DNA from: Acidimicrobiia bacterium | GTDB taxonomy: Bacteria; Actinomycetota; Acidimicrobiia; Spongiisociales; ZC4RG35 | Assembly (NCBI GenBank): GCA_041591895.1 | Contig: JBFHRE010000001.1 | Span: forward strand, 7,350 to 71,349 | Length of the DNA stretch: 64,000 nucleotides | Direction of reading: 5' to 3' | Part shown: positions 39,598-49,844 of the stretch, in pieces | Layout: every line of letters begins with the position of its first letter | Numbering within the stretch: position 1 is the first letter of the stretch | Translations under genes and position numbers: made by a program | The notes under the pieces: generated by a model | What the model saw: the letters and a program-made list of their open reading frames with translations, nothing else | Database searches by the model: none | Told to the model about the DNA's origin: nothing

Positions 39598-39880
39598 GGA
39601 CGTTCGACAGGTGGTTCGAGGCGTGAGGATCGTGCTCACGCTGCTGGCGGTGCTGCTGGCAGCGTTCCCGCTGCTCGTCCTCCTCGACCTAGCCGATGGA
39701 GGCACCGGCTTCGGGCTGTGCCCTGGGGGAGTGACCACCTGTCGCAATCCATACACGGCTGCTCCGGAGCTGACGATCGCGCTGTCGGTAGGTCTGTTCC
39801 TGGTGCTTTCCGGTTTTCGGATCGCTACGCACATCGAACATCGCAACCGGTCACGGCGCGGGGCGTCGATGTCCGCCTGA
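39598..39880 (+). CDS. small hypothetical membrane protein (about 94 aa, two predicted TM helices)
   Basis: ATG at 39598 just after the ThyX-like gene start region. Hydrophobic segments IVLTLLAVLLAAFPLLVLL and IALSVGLFLVLSGF. No homology recognised. Confidence 0.3.
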
Positions 39881-39891
39881 CACGGGCGTCG

Positions 39892-40773
39892 TCACACAGG
39901 CGGACTGACCAACTCGGCTTCGAGGGTTCGGGGGTCCTCACCCTTGGTCAGAACGACGTTGATCGCGGCCAGGACGAGTGCCGCCCCGACCCAACCACGG
40001 ACCGACAGACGCTCCCCCAACAGGATGGCAGCCGAGGCGACTCCGAAGACGGGTTCGAGGCTGAAGACGATCGCCGCCCGGGACGCCTCGACGATCGTCT
40101 GGGCCCAGATCTGGAGGAGGAACGCCAGAGCGCTGACCCCTATCCCGGTCAACAGGAGTGCCGGCCAGACTTCCCGGGGTGGGAAGGTCGGCCCTTCGAG
40201 GATCAGCGAAGCGCCCCCTGCGAGGACCGCCGTCACCAGCAGCTGCACCGCGGCAAACGGCACCACGGCGTGCCGGTGGGCCGCCCGTGACAGGAAGGTG
40301 ACGTGGGCTGCAAAGAACACCGCGCATCCGAGGGTGTAGGTATCTCCCGCCTCCAGCCGGAGTCCGTCTGTAGCAGTGAGGAGTGCGATGCCGATGAACG
40401 CCACCATGGCTCCGATGGTCACCAGCGGCTTCGGAGCGCGTTTCGCCAGGAGGGCAACGAGCAATGGCGTGAAGACGACGTACAGGCCCGTGATGAGGGC
40501 CGAGTTCGATGCACCGGTGGTGGTGAGTCCTACGGTCTGGAATCCGAAACCGATCGCCAGCAGTACCCCTCCGATCGTCCCATCCTTCCAGAGGTCCGAA
40601 CGGCCGGGGAAGGCCAGGATCGCGAGCGCCACTCCTCCGAGCAGGAACCGCCACGCCACGAATGCCAGCGGCGGAAACCCGGCGACGGCATCCTTGATCA
40701 CCACGAAGGTGATCCCAAACATGAAGGCCGCGAACGCAAGCGCGGCCAGTGCGGATCGGTCGGCACGCATCAC
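39892..40773 (-). CDS. EamA/DMT-superfamily transporter
   Basis: Ten TM helices arranged as two EamA-like repeats. Confidence 0.85.
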   Translation of the reverse strand: MMRADRSALAALAFAAFMFGITFVVIKDAVAGFPPLAFVAWRFLLGGVALAILAFPGRSDLWKDGTIGGVLLAIGFGFQTVGLTTTGASNSALITGLYVVFTPLLVALLAKRAPKPLVTIGAMVAFIGIALLTATDGLRLEAGDTYTLGCAVFFAAHVTFLSRAAHRHAVVPFAAVQLLVTAVLAGGASLILEGPTFPPREVWPALLLTGIGVSALAFLLQIWAQTIVEASRAAIVFSLEPVFGVASAAILLGERLSVRGWVGAALVLAAINVVLTKGEDPRTLEAELVSPPV

Positions 40774-40791
40774 GGTCGAGACGCTACCCGG

Positions 40792-41235
40792 TCAGAGGTC
40801 GGAAACCGCGGTGGTTACCAGGTACAGGCCCTGGGCCTCGACCGCCGAGCGACCATCTATGACCAACTCGCCCGAGAGCCGCAACCTGCGCCCCGATCGC
40901 TCGACCACTCTCGCCTGCCCGGTGATGAACCCGCCTACCTCCACGGGCTTCCGGAACCTGAGGTCGAGCGTGCCGGTGACCGTCATGACGTCCTCCACCA
41001 GGATTCCGGCCCACACCAGGAGCTCGTCGAGAGCCGTCGCCGCGATTCCACCGTGAAGCAGCTGATGCGCCCCCCGGAAGTCATCCCGGGCCGCGAACCG
41101 AGCGGAAACCACTCCGTCGGCGAGGTCGAGGAACTCGAGGTGCAAGCCGATCTCGTTGTCGGGTCCGCAGGCGAAACAGTGGTTCCCGTACGCGGCCCGA
41201 ACCCGGTCGACGACGGCTGCGACGTCAGGTGACAA
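40792..41235 (-). CDS. PaaI/4HBT-type hotdog-fold thioesterase; TTG start inferred
   Basis: Hotdog thioesterase motifs in HGGIAATALDELLVWAGILVEDVMTVTGTLDLRFRKPV. The ORF upstream of 41235 is compositionally non-coding and would overlap xpt. Confidence 0.7.
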   Translation of the reverse strand: MSPDVAAVVDRVRAAYGNHCFACGPDNEIGLHLEFLDLADGVVSARFAARDDFRGAHQLLHGGIAATALDELLVWAGILVEDVMTVTGTLDLRFRKPVEVGGFITGQARVVERSGRRLRLSGELVIDGRSAVEAQGLYLVTTAVSDL

Positions 41236-41782
41236 TCGGTATCCCGTCGACGATGCCCGTGATGGTGGCGGCCGAGGACACCGAGACCCCGGCCTCTTCC
41301 AGCAGGCGCCTGCCATCCCCGAAGGTCTTCTCGACGCAGAACCCGGCTCCCGTGACCACGATGTCGGCCTCGCGCAGCATCTCGACCAACGCCAGCGCGG
41401 TCCGTCCGCCCCAGAGGAAATCGTCCACGATTGCCACCCGGGACAGCCCGGAGATGGCCGTGCGTGACAGCACCAACCACGGCTGATCACCTTTGGTCGG
41501 GGAGTGGATCTGGCGGTGGTGGCTGTCAGGGGTCGGCGCCGTCCGCTTCTTCGCAAATACCATCGGAACCTCGAGCGCCTCGGCGACGGCGTACGCCGGG
41601 GCGATCCCGGACGCCTCCGAGGTCACGACTGCCTCGCAGGGTCCGAGCCTGCCGGCCAGGAACAGAGCGATATCGTCGATCAAGCCTGGTTCCACCCGGT
41701 GATTGAGGAAGCCGTCGACCAAGACGATCTCGCCCTCGACTCGGGCCCGGGTGGCGATCGCATGCTTGAGGGCCTGGCTCAT
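41225..41782 (-). CDS. xpt: xanthine phosphoribosyltransferase
   Basis: N-terminal MSQALKHAIATRARVEGEIVLVDGFLNHRVEP matches the Xpt family. PRPP-binding motif VAIVDDFLWGGRT. Confidence 0.85.
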   Translation of the reverse strand: MSQALKHAIATRARVEGEIVLVDGFLNHRVEPGLIDDIALFLAGRLGPCEAVVTSEASGIAPAYAVAEALEVPMVFAKKRTAPTPDSHHRQIHSPTKGDQPWLVLSRTAISGLSRVAIVDDFLWGGRTALALVEMLREADIVVTGAGFCVEKTFGDGRRLLEEAGVSVSSAATITGIVDGIPIVT

Positions 41783-41818
41783 GGCGGGCAAGCCTACCCG
41801 GGATACACTCCCGGCCTC

Positions 41819-42490
41819 ATGGCGATCGCCCGCTCGGACGGATCCATCCCCACAGCTGCCGAACGTGGCCGCGCCCGTTCGATCTGGAACCGTCTGGTGC
41901 GCCGGTACCCGGAAATCTCGACCGCTCTGGACTACCGCGACCCCTGGCAGTTGCTCGTGTCCACGGTGTTGTCCGCTCAGACGACCGACGACACCGTCAA
42001 CCGGGTGACGCCGGTGCTGTTCGGCCGCTACCCACGACCCGAGGACCTCGCCGGGGCCGACCTCGCCGAGGTCGAGGAGATCGTGTTCTCGACCGGCTTC
42101 TACCGGCAGAAGTCGTCCGCGATCGTGGAACTGGCTGCCGATCTCGTGGACCGGTTCGCCGGGGTGGTGCCCCGGACCCTCGACGAACTGGTGACGTTGA
42201 AAGGCGTGGGACGGAAGACGGCTTCGGTCGTCTTGGCCGAGGCGTGGGGAACTCCGGCCATCGCCGTCGATACCCACGTTCGCCGGGTGACCAATCGACT
42301 CGAACTCGTGAGGAGTCAGGATCCGGTCAAGATAGAACAGGACCTGAAAGCCGTTTTCCCGCGCCGCAACTGGGCTGGGGTCTCGATGAGATTCATCCAG
42401 TTCGGTCGGGACGTCTGCGACGCTCGCCGGCCGTTGTGCTCCGAGTGCGAGATGCGCCCTCTGTGCCCATGGCCGGACAAGCCGCTGTGA
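41819..42490 (+). CDS. nth: endonuclease III (DNA glycosylase/AP lyase Nth)
   Basis: HhH-GPD motif LVTLKGVGRKTASVV. 4Fe-4S cluster loop CxxxxxxCxxCxxxxxC (CDARRPLCSECEMRPLC). Confidence 0.9.
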   Translation: MAIARSDGSIPTAAERGRARSIWNRLVRRYPEISTALDYRDPWQLLVSTVLSAQTTDDTVNRVTPVLFGRYPRPEDLAGADLAEVEEIVFSTGFYRQKSSAIVELAADLVDRFAGVVPRTLDELVTLKGVGRKTASVVLAEAWGTPAIAVDTHVRRVTNRLELVRSQDPVKIEQDLKAVFPRRNWAGVSMRFIQFGRDVCDARRPLCSECEMRPLCPWPDKPL

Positions 42491-43788
42491 CGGTGCAGTC
42501 GGTATCGAACCGTCGGGTGCTGGCGGTGGCGGTGCCGGCGCTGGCCACACTCGCTGCCGACCCGGTGCTTTCCCTGGTGGACACCGCGTTCGTCGGGCGC
42601 CTGGGGACGGTGGAACTGGCTGCCCTTGGCGTGGACTCGGCGATCTTCGGCTTCGCCTTCGCAGTCTTCAATTTCCTTGCCTATGCAACCACCCCGATGG
42701 TTGCCCGGGCTCGCGGCGCCGGAGACATCGCCGGGTCCGGAAGGGTCGTCCGCAGGGCCCTGACCCTTGCGACCCTTCTGGGTGTCGCGTTCACCGTCGT
42801 CCTGCTCGTCGGCTCCACCTGGTTCGTGACCGCGATGCAGGCGCCCGACGAGGTCGTCGGACCGGCGCTGTCGTATCTGATGATTCGTTCCTTCGCCCTG
42901 CCTGCGGTGCTGTTGATCACCGCCGCCAACGGGGCGTTTCGGGGGTTCGAGGACACTCGTACGCCGTTCTACGTCACCCTGGTCATCAACGCCGTCAACC
43001 TGATCCTCGACCCGGTTCTCATTTTCGTGGCCGGGTTCGGAATCGAGGGGGCGGCAGCCGCAACCCTGATCGCCCAGTGGGTTGGAGCGGCGATCTTCCT
43101 CGTGCTGCTCCACCGTCGGGGAGTCGCCGAGCGCTGGCCGCGGGAACGGGTGACACTGTCGGAGTTGGCTCCATTCATGCGGACCGGGTCGGTTCTCATC
43201 GTCCGCACCCTGCTACTTGTACTGTCCCTCACGGCTGCGACTGCGGTCGCCGCCAGGATCGGGACCGTCGAGGTGGCGGCTCATCAGATCGTGAGCCAGG
43301 TCTGGTTCCTGCTGGCGATGATCGTCGACGCCCTGGCCATTGCAGCCCAGACCCTCATCGCCGGGTTGTTGGGGGCGGGGAACGAAGCGGAAGCAAAGCG
43401 TCTGGCCGGCCGGCTGCTCAGGTGGGGCTGGTGGGCGGGCGGCGCGCTCGCGGCGGCGATGTTCCTGGTGGGACCGGTGCTCGGTGGATGGTTCTCAGAC
43501 GACGTCGCAGTGATTGCGGCCGTCGCCGGAGTGGTCCCGATCATGGCTCTTATGCAGCCTCCGGCCGCGGCTCTGTTCGTCCTGGATGGGATCTTCTTGG
43601 CCACGCTGTCGGTGCGCCTCCTGGCGAGATCGACATTCGCAGGATTTGTGTGCGTGGTGTTCACGCTCGGGGCGACACTCGGATTCGGTTGGGGGTTGTC
43701 CGGGGTGTGGTGGGCGATGACCGCGATGGTCCTGGGGCGACTCGCGGTGCTGGGCCGGGCTCACGTCCGAGCCCCCCTCAGTAACTGA
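42487..43788 (+). CDS. MATE family efflux transporter
   Basis: GTG overlapping the nth stop. Twelve TM helices with MATE-type N-terminus RRVLAVAVPALATLAADPVLSLVDTAFVGRLG. Confidence 0.85.
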   Translation: MTVQSVSNRRVLAVAVPALATLAADPVLSLVDTAFVGRLGTVELAALGVDSAIFGFAFAVFNFLAYATTPMVARARGAGDIAGSGRVVRRALTLATLLGVAFTVVLLVGSTWFVTAMQAPDEVVGPALSYLMIRSFALPAVLLITAANGAFRGFEDTRTPFYVTLVINAVNLILDPVLIFVAGFGIEGAAAATLIAQWVGAAIFLVLLHRRGVAERWPRERVTLSELAPFMRTGSVLIVRTLLLVLSLTAATAVAARIGTVEVAAHQIVSQVWFLLAMIVDALAIAAQTLIAGLLGAGNEAEAKRLAGRLLRWGWWAGGALAAAMFLVGPVLGGWFSDDVAVIAAVAGVVPIMALMQPPAAALFVLDGIFLATLSVRLLARSTFAGFVCVVFTLGATLGFGWGLSGVWWAMTAMVLGRLAVLGRAHVRAPLSN

Positions 43789-45035
43789 CCGCGGGTTTCG
43801 GGCAGCAGCAGGGTCAGGCCGATGGCGACGGCACTCGGAATCGCCATCACCCGCACGGTGTTCGCGAGTCCGAACTCGGCGATCGTGAGTCGTCCCGCAC
43901 CCAGAGCGAGCGCCGAGCCGATGGTCGCCAGGTAGCCGCCCATTGCGCCGGCGGTGGTTCGGTTTTCGGTTGGGAACAACTCCGTCCGGTGAGCTGCGGC
44001 CGCCGGCAAGTAGGCGAAACTCCCGAAGGCGCCAATCACGATCGCGAACCACACCGACAGCAGGTTTTCGGTCGAGAACAGCCACATGGCACCAAAGGCC
44101 GCAGCAGCGATCGACACCACAGTCATCGGTCGCCGTCCCCACGTGTCGGCCAGGCGTCCGCCGATCCAGAATCCAAGACCGCCAATGGTGCCTGCCGAGA
44201 GGGCGAGAGTTGCGGCCACGCCGGTGCTGAGTCCGAGTCCGTTGATGAGCCGCTCGTTGGTGAATGCGAGTGAGACCGCCGGGAGGGCGGCCGCAGCCAA
44301 TCCCGCTACCCCTGAAATCCAGAACACTGGGGCTTCGCGACCGGTCAGGAGGGGGCGGAGTGGCACCCGATTCGCCTTGTCCGGCTCAACGAGTGGTGAC
44401 TCGCCGACACGGCGGAACCAGGGCAGCGCCAGGAATCCCAGGGTCGTCACCAGGAAGGGAATACGCCACGCCTCAGGGCCGCGTCCGGCGACCAGCAGCA
44501 TCAGTTGTCCGCCGCCTGCTCCGAGGGAGGCTGCGGCGGCATAGGTTCCGATTCCGAATGCCCTGCAGTCGGCAGGGAGGCTCTCGGCGATCAGCACCAC
44601 CCCGAGGGTGCCGACTGCGGCGGTTGCGAGGCGAGCGATCGACTGCAATGTCGTGAAGGCCTCGGCTGTCGACACCAGGCCCGTGGCACCGGTCGAGGCC
44701 ACCAGGATGGCCACAGCCACGAGATAGGGCCGGCGCCGTCCCGAGCGGTCGCTCCACCACGACAGGGCGATCGCACCGAGGGAGGCAAACCTGGTGATCG
44801 AGAGCACGAGGCTCATGTCGGCCTCGGTCAGCCCGAGCGCCAACCTCGTGAACGGGACCAACGCCGAGAGGTGGGCCTGGGCAAATCCCTGGACGACGGC
44901 CACCGACGCGGTCAACCAGAGCAAGCGTCGATGCTCGGGGGCTAACCGGTGAACCGGAAACAGGGCCTGGAAGATGCTGCGCAACGGGCGGTCAGCGTAG
45001 GGCGGAGCGATGACGATTCGAGAAACTCCGTGCAC
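43761..45035 (-). CDS. MFS transporter
   Basis: Twelve TM helices. MFS signature-like DRSGRRRP loop between TM2 and TM3. Confidence 0.8.
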   Translation of the reverse strand: MHGVSRIVIAPPYADRPLRSIFQALFPVHRLAPEHRRLLWLTASVAVVQGFAQAHLSALVPFTRLALGLTEADMSLVLSITRFASLGAIALSWWSDRSGRRRPYLVAVAILVASTGATGLVSTAEAFTTLQSIARLATAAVGTLGVVLIAESLPADCRAFGIGTYAAAASLGAGGGQLMLLVAGRGPEAWRIPFLVTTLGFLALPWFRRVGESPLVEPDKANRVPLRPLLTGREAPVFWISGVAGLAAAALPAVSLAFTNERLINGLGLSTGVAATLALSAGTIGGLGFWIGGRLADTWGRRPMTVVSIAAAAFGAMWLFSTENLLSVWFAIVIGAFGSFAYLPAAAAHRTELFPTENRTTAGAMGGYLATIGSALALGAGRLTIAEFGLANTVRVMAIPSAVAIGLTLLLPETRGQLLRGART

Positions 45036-45073
45036 ATGGGAACATGGTTCGCGGACGACCCGTTGAGGAAGGC

Positions 45074-45847
45074 ATGGAATTCACCCAACTCGGGATAGGG
45101 CTCCAGCTCGCGATCGCATTCGGTGGAGGCCTTCTGGCCTTCCTCTCGCCGTGCGTTCTGCCACTCCTGCCCGGCTACCTCGGTCTGATGTCGGGCTATT
45201 CGGTGGCCGACCTCCAGGCCGGCGATGCATCCCGCGGCCGGATGCTCCGAACCACCGTTCTCTTCGTGCTCGGTTTCACGGTCGTCTTTGTCGCCAGTGG
45301 TGCATTGGCTACGGGAATCAGCGAGTTGCTCCTCACGAATCAGAGCACCATCAACCGGGTGGCGGGCGCGCTCGTGATCGTGTTCGGGATCGTCATGATC
45401 GGGATGTCGTTCACCAACCGCGGCATCTTTGGCTTCCTGTCCAGAGAGCGGCGGATCGACGTGCGCCCTTCCCGCTTGGGGAACTGGGCGCCGCCGGTGA
45501 TGGGAGTCGCGTTCGGTTTCGGATGGTCGCCGTGCATCGGGACGATCCTCACCGGGGTACTGGCCGTAGCCGCCACCCAGGAGACCGTCGCCCTCGGGAT
45601 GCTGTTGCTGTTCTTCTTCTCGATGGGGATGGGCGTGCCGTTCGTCCTCGCCGGCCTCGGTGTGTCGAAGGCCCTCCGAAGCGTCAAAGCGATGGGGCGC
45701 TGGCTGAAGCCGATCAACGTCACGGGAGGGGTGCTGATGACGGCGTTCGGTGTGCTGCTGGTCACCAACAATGTGTTCCAGCTCTCGTCGTTCTTCCAGC
45801 GGATCTTCTCCGCCATCCCGATCCTGGAGCGGCTGGCCGCGATCTGA
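45074..45847 (+). CDS. ccdA: cytochrome c-type biogenesis protein CcdA (DsbD transmembrane-domain family)
   Basis: Motif LLAFLSPCVLPLLPGY plus a second conserved Cys (GWSPCIGTIL) in a six-TM protein. Confidence 0.85.
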   Translation: MEFTQLGIGLQLAIAFGGGLLAFLSPCVLPLLPGYLGLMSGYSVADLQAGDASRGRMLRTTVLFVLGFTVVFVASGALATGISELLLTNQSTINRVAGALVIVFGIVMIGMSFTNRGIFGFLSRERRIDVRPSRLGNWAPPVMGVAFGFGWSPCIGTILTGVLAVAATQETVALGMLLLFFFSMGMGVPFVLAGLGVSKALRSVKAMGRWLKPINVTGGVLMTAFGVLLVTNNVFQLSSFFQRIFSAIPILERLAAI

Positions 45848-45868
45848 TCGAGGGTGTAATTCAGATCA

Positions 45869-46672
45869 CTAACGGTGGGCGTCTGTTCCGATGACTTTGA
45901 AGCGGTAGGTCTGTACCCCTGATCCAAGTAGTCCTCTTCCGTCGGGGGCCGGGAACACAGCTTCGAGTCCGAGGTTCGCCTGAAAAGCGATCTGCGTCAC
46001 GTCTTCGACGGAAGCCGACTCGTAGGGGTAACCACCGAGCCAATCATCGATGTCGCGGCGCCAGCTCATACCGCGCTGGCGTGAATACGTTCGAACGTAG
46101 ATCACGGGGTTGCGACCTTGGACTGCCAGGGATGCAAGGACGGCGGTTCCGTATGCAATCCGTGACAGGAGCTTGAGGAAGCTTGGTGCTCTGACGTACC
46201 AGCGCTTCACCTTTGTCCAAAAGCGACAAGATGGGTACTTCTTGTAGATACCGATCACAACCACTCCGTCTGTTGCAACCCAACGGGGAGTGCGCGTTAT
46301 AGCGCTGCTCATGTTTCCGGTGTGGTGGAGGACCCCCCAGGAGTAAACAAAGTCGTGGGTATCGAAATCGTCTTGCAGAACGTCCGCTCGGAAGACGTGC
46401 CAGTCGGCTTCAGGGTGGTACTGCCGCAACATCGAGCGTGTTACGTCAACTGCCACGGGATCGAAGTCGACGGCTGTGACCTTCGTGACTCCGAGGTCCA
46501 GCGCCGCAACCGACATTATTCCTGAACCGCATCCAATATCGAGGAATGAACCACCTGCTACGTCCCCAACATGTTTTCTTAGGCTCTCGCGGGCCTGTTC
46601 GAGCGCCGCCTCTGGCATGTCGGCCATATAGCGAGCCCAGTTCTTCCCGAAGTCGTACCGACGATCGGTCAC
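45869..46672 (-). CDS. class I SAM-dependent methyltransferase
   Basis: Motif I (LDIGCGSGIMS) and post-I acidic residue (VTAVDFD). Confidence 0.75.
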   Translation of the reverse strand: MTDRRYDFGKNWARYMADMPEAALEQARESLRKHVGDVAGGSFLDIGCGSGIMSVAALDLGVTKVTAVDFDPVAVDVTRSMLRQYHPEADWHVFRADVLQDDFDTHDFVYSWGVLHHTGNMSSAITRTPRWVATDGVVVIGIYKKYPSCRFWTKVKRWYVRAPSFLKLLSRIAYGTAVLASLAVQGRNPVIYVRTYSRQRGMSWRRDIDDWLGGYPYESASVEDVTQIAFQANLGLEAVFPAPDGRGLLGSGVQTYRFKVIGTDAHR

Positions 46673-46716
46673 GGCACGGTGGATCGTACTCGCAGCACCC
46701 GTATAGCCTGCCGGCT

Positions 46717-48186
46717 GTGAACGTCATCCCGACACTCGAGGAATTCCTGGCCCTGTCCGGGCGCCATTCTGTGGTGCCACTCGTTGTGGAGCTCATGGCC
46801 GACCGCGACACCCCGGTCTCGGTGTTCGACAAGCTCGTCGGTGACCGACCCGGCTTCCTCCTGGAATCGGTGGAGGGCGGGGAGCGGTGGGGGCGGTGGT
46901 CGTTCGTCGGATGGGATCCGGTCTTCACGCTTCGAAGCCACGACGGCGTCTGCCAGGTGGACGACGACTCCACCGAGCTACCCGCCGGCGACCCGCTGGC
47001 GGTTCTCGAAGCCTTGATCGGTCGCTTTTCCACCCCCGACCTGCCGGGATTGCCGCCGCTTCACTCCGGCGCTGTCGGCTATCTCGGATACGACTGCGTT
47101 CGGTTCATAGAACATCTTCCCGACAAGCCGGCCGATGACCGAGGCCTTCCCGACATGGTGTGGCAGTTCGTCGGCGCTCTGGCGGCGGTCGACCGGGTAC
47201 GTCAGACCATCGTGATGGTCCGCAACGTGTTCGTGGGCAGCGATCCGACTTCCGAGTACGAGGCGGCGGTCGCGGCTCTGAAGCGGGACATCGGACGTCT
47301 CGGCGAATCAGATCCGTATGAGATCAAACAAGTGGTCGAGGATGCCGCGAGACCCGACTTCAGCTCCACTTTCGAACGGCCGGCCTTCGAGGATGCGGTC
47401 CGTGCGATCAAGCGGTCGATCGTCGAGGGTGAGGCGTTCCAGGTCGTGATCTCGCAACGCCTCGCTACCGAGTTCGCGGGCGACCCGTTCTCGGTCTACC
47501 GGGCGCTGAGGCTGATCAACCCATCGCCATTCTTGTTCTTCGTGCGGGACCGCGAAGTCACCGTGCTCGGCTCCTCACCCGAACTGATGACCCGGGTGCG
47601 TGACGGGATGGCGTATTCCCGCCCCATCGCCGGTACCCGCCCGAGAGGCAAGACGGAAGACGAAGATCGACGTCTCGAGGAAGAGCTGTTGGCCGACCCC
47701 AAAGAACGGGCCGAGCACACCATGCTGATCGACCTCGCTCGCAACGACCTCGGGCGCGTCTGCGAGTTCGGCTCGGTGCACGTCGACGACCTGATGGTGA
47801 TCGAGCGCTACAGCCATGTGCTGCACATCGTTTCCGGGGTGTCCGGGAAGGTGCGACCCGGGGTCGGTCCGGTGGATGTGATTCGGGCCACGTTCCCGCA
47901 CGGGACCGTCTCCGGGGCGCCGAAGGTACGCGCCATCCAGTTGATCGACGAGATCGAACCGGTGGCGCGCGGCCCGTACGCAGGTGCCGCCGGCTATCTC
48001 GACTTCAGCGGCAATGTCGACACCTGCATCTGTTTGCGAACGGTGGTGATCGCCGACGGAACGGCCTGGGTGCAGGCCGGGGCCGGGATCGTGGCCGACT
48101 CCGATCCCGGCGCGGAGTTCGACGAGACGATGCACAAAGCGGCAGCAGTCCTCGACGCCCTTGCTCGGGCGGAGACCCTCACATGA
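46717..48186 (+). CDS. trpE: anthranilate synthase component I TrpE
   Basis: Chorismate-binding domain motifs LINPSPFLFF and GAPKVRA...GPYAGAAGYLDF. GTG start at 46717. Confidence 0.9.
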   Translation: MNVIPTLEEFLALSGRHSVVPLVVELMADRDTPVSVFDKLVGDRPGFLLESVEGGERWGRWSFVGWDPVFTLRSHDGVCQVDDDSTELPAGDPLAVLEALIGRFSTPDLPGLPPLHSGAVGYLGYDCVRFIEHLPDKPADDRGLPDMVWQFVGALAAVDRVRQTIVMVRNVFVGSDPTSEYEAAVAALKRDIGRLGESDPYEIKQVVEDAARPDFSSTFERPAFEDAVRAIKRSIVEGEAFQVVISQRLATEFAGDPFSVYRALRLINPSPFLFFVRDREVTVLGSSPELMTRVRDGMAYSRPIAGTRPRGKTEDEDRRLEEELLADPKERAEHTMLIDLARNDLGRVCEFGSVHVDDLMVIERYSHVLHIVSGVSGKVRPGVGPVDVIRATFPHGTVSGAPKVRAIQLIDEIEPVARGPYAGAAGYLDFSGNVDTCICLRTVVIADGTAWVQAGAGIVADSDPGAEFDETMHKAAAVLDALARAETLT

Positions 48187-49034
48187 GCCGGCGCTTCTTC
48201 GATGACACCCGTGATGCCGTGTGGGTGACCGGAACCGACGCGGTGTCGTTCCTCCATGGACTGCTGAGTCAGGACCTCGAGGGGATGAGCGACGGTGAGG
48301 TGCGGCGATCGTTCCTTCTCGGCCCGCAGGGGAAACTCCGCGCCCTCCTCTGGGTGGCGAGGCTGGCCGCCGATCGGATCCTCCTGGTGTCCGATCGCGG
48401 CTCGGGCGAGACCGTGGCCTCCGACCTACTCAACTACCGGATCCGGGTCAAGGTGGAGGTGGTCCAGACGGACGAAACCACCTGGGAGGCTTGGGGAGCC
48501 GGAGTCGCTGCGGACTCGGGTCTGAATCCCGGGAACGCGGTCGAGCGGGGCCCAGGTGTCGTGCTCGCTCCATTGGAACTGGACGTGGTGATCGGTGTCG
48601 GTGCCGCGATTCCGGCCGATTGGGAGCGCGGCGATTTCGATGAGCTGACGGCGGCACGAATCGGCTTTGGGGAACCGGCCTACGGGATCGACGTGGACGA
48701 GAACACGATCCCGCAGGAGACCGGGTTGGTGACCGAGGCGGTGTCGTTCGAGAAGGGCTGCTATCTCGGGCAGGAACTGGTGGCCAGGATCGACAGCCGC
48801 GGTCATGTCAACCGTCATCTCCGCCGGTTGCGGTTGGAACAACCGGGCCTGGATCTGGCCGGTGGCGAGATCGTGGCAGACGAAAAGGTGGTCGGCTCGC
48901 TCACGTCGGTCGCTTCCTCTGCCGGCGGTGCGATGGGTTTGGGGATGGTTAGACGAGAGATCGAGCCTGGTTCGAGGGTGGTGGTCCGGACAAACGATGT
49001 CGAGGTCGTCGCCGAGGTCCTGGAGCGAGTGTGA
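48183..49034 (+). CDS. YgfZ/GcvT-like folate-binding protein
   Basis: Conserved YgfZ motif KGCYLGQE (FEKGCYLGQELVARI). Start overlaps the trpE stop. Confidence 0.7.
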   Translation: MSRRFFDDTRDAVWVTGTDAVSFLHGLLSQDLEGMSDGEVRRSFLLGPQGKLRALLWVARLAADRILLVSDRGSGETVASDLLNYRIRVKVEVVQTDETTWEAWGAGVAADSGLNPGNAVERGPGVVLAPLELDVVIGVGAAIPADWERGDFDELTAARIGFGEPAYGIDVDENTIPQETGLVTEAVSFEKGCYLGQELVARIDSRGHVNRHLRRLRLEQPGLDLAGGEIVADEKVVGSLTSVASSAGGAMGLGMVRREIEPGSRVVVRTNDVEVVAEVLERV

Positions 49035-49071
49035 TCGACCCGTGCGCCGATGTTCGGCGGTCCCCGTGACG

Positions 49072-49830
49072 ATGCTCGGACCGATCCTCGCGTCGACCCG
49101 TCTCCGGGTGGAAGCGATGAGATCTCTGGCTCACTACCGCTCTGCCGCACTCGCCGCCCCACCACCTCGCGACTTCGCAGCGGCGCTGAAGGGTGATGGT
49201 CTGGCAGTGATCGCCGAGGTCAAGCGCCGGTCGCCTTCTCGCGGTGTCCTCGCCTCCGACCTCGATCCGGTCGAGCAGGCACGTCGATATTCCAGCGGCG
49301 GGGCAGCCTGCATCTCTGTGTTGACCGAACCAGAATATTTCTCCGGCTCGAACGCAGACCTGGCTGAGGTTCGAGCCGCGTCGGACCTTCCGATCATCCG
49401 GAAGGACTTCACGCTCGACGCCCGCCAGATCTGGGAGGCGCGTTCGATCGGCGCCGACGCCGTACTCCTCATCGTCGCCGCACTCGAAGATCATGATCTG
49501 ACCGCACTACTGGATGTTTCCCGGGATGCCGGAGTGACGGCGCTCGTCGAGGTGCACGATGAACCGGAGACCGAGAGGGCGCTGGGCGCGGGAGCTTCGG
49601 TGATCGGGGTCAACAACCGCAACCTCGCTACGTTCGAAGTCGATTTGGCCACCTCGGAGCGGCTGGCACCGATGTTGACCGCAGCCGAGGTCATCGTGGC
49701 GGAGAGCGGGGTGTTCGACGCCGGCGATGCGGCCCGGATGCGCAAAGCGGGGTTCGACGCCGTGCTCGTCGGCGAGAGCCTGGTCAGGTCGGACGACCCG
49801 GCCGCGCTGATCGCCGCGATGCGGGGCTGA
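49072..49830 (+). CDS. trpC: indole-3-glycerol phosphate synthase TrpC
   Basis: Motifs AEVKRRSPS, IRKDF and VGVNNRNL. Confidence 0.85.
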   Translation: MLGPILASTRLRVEAMRSLAHYRSAALAAPPPRDFAAALKGDGLAVIAEVKRRSPSRGVLASDLDPVEQARRYSSGGAACISVLTEPEYFSGSNADLAEVRAASDLPIIRKDFTLDARQIWEARSIGADAVLLIVAALEDHDLTALLDVSRDAGVTALVEVHDEPETERALGAGASVIGVNNRNLATFEVDLATSERLAPMLTAAEVIVAESGVFDAGDAARMRKAGFDAVLVGESLVRSDDPAALIAAMRG

Positions 49831-49844
49831 ACGGTGGCGGCATC

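Noticed and set aside
40792-41556. Full 254-aa extent of the thioesterase ORF
   Set aside because: The N-terminal 107 residues are compositionally non-coding and overlap xpt in another frame. Homology to hotdog thioesterases starts near residue 108, so the ORF was truncated to a TTG at 41235.
46673-46716. Possible trp leader peptide or attenuator upstream of trpE
   Set aside because: Only 44 bp separate the divergent methyltransferase and trpE starts. There is no Trp-codon-rich small ORF and no alternative hairpins.
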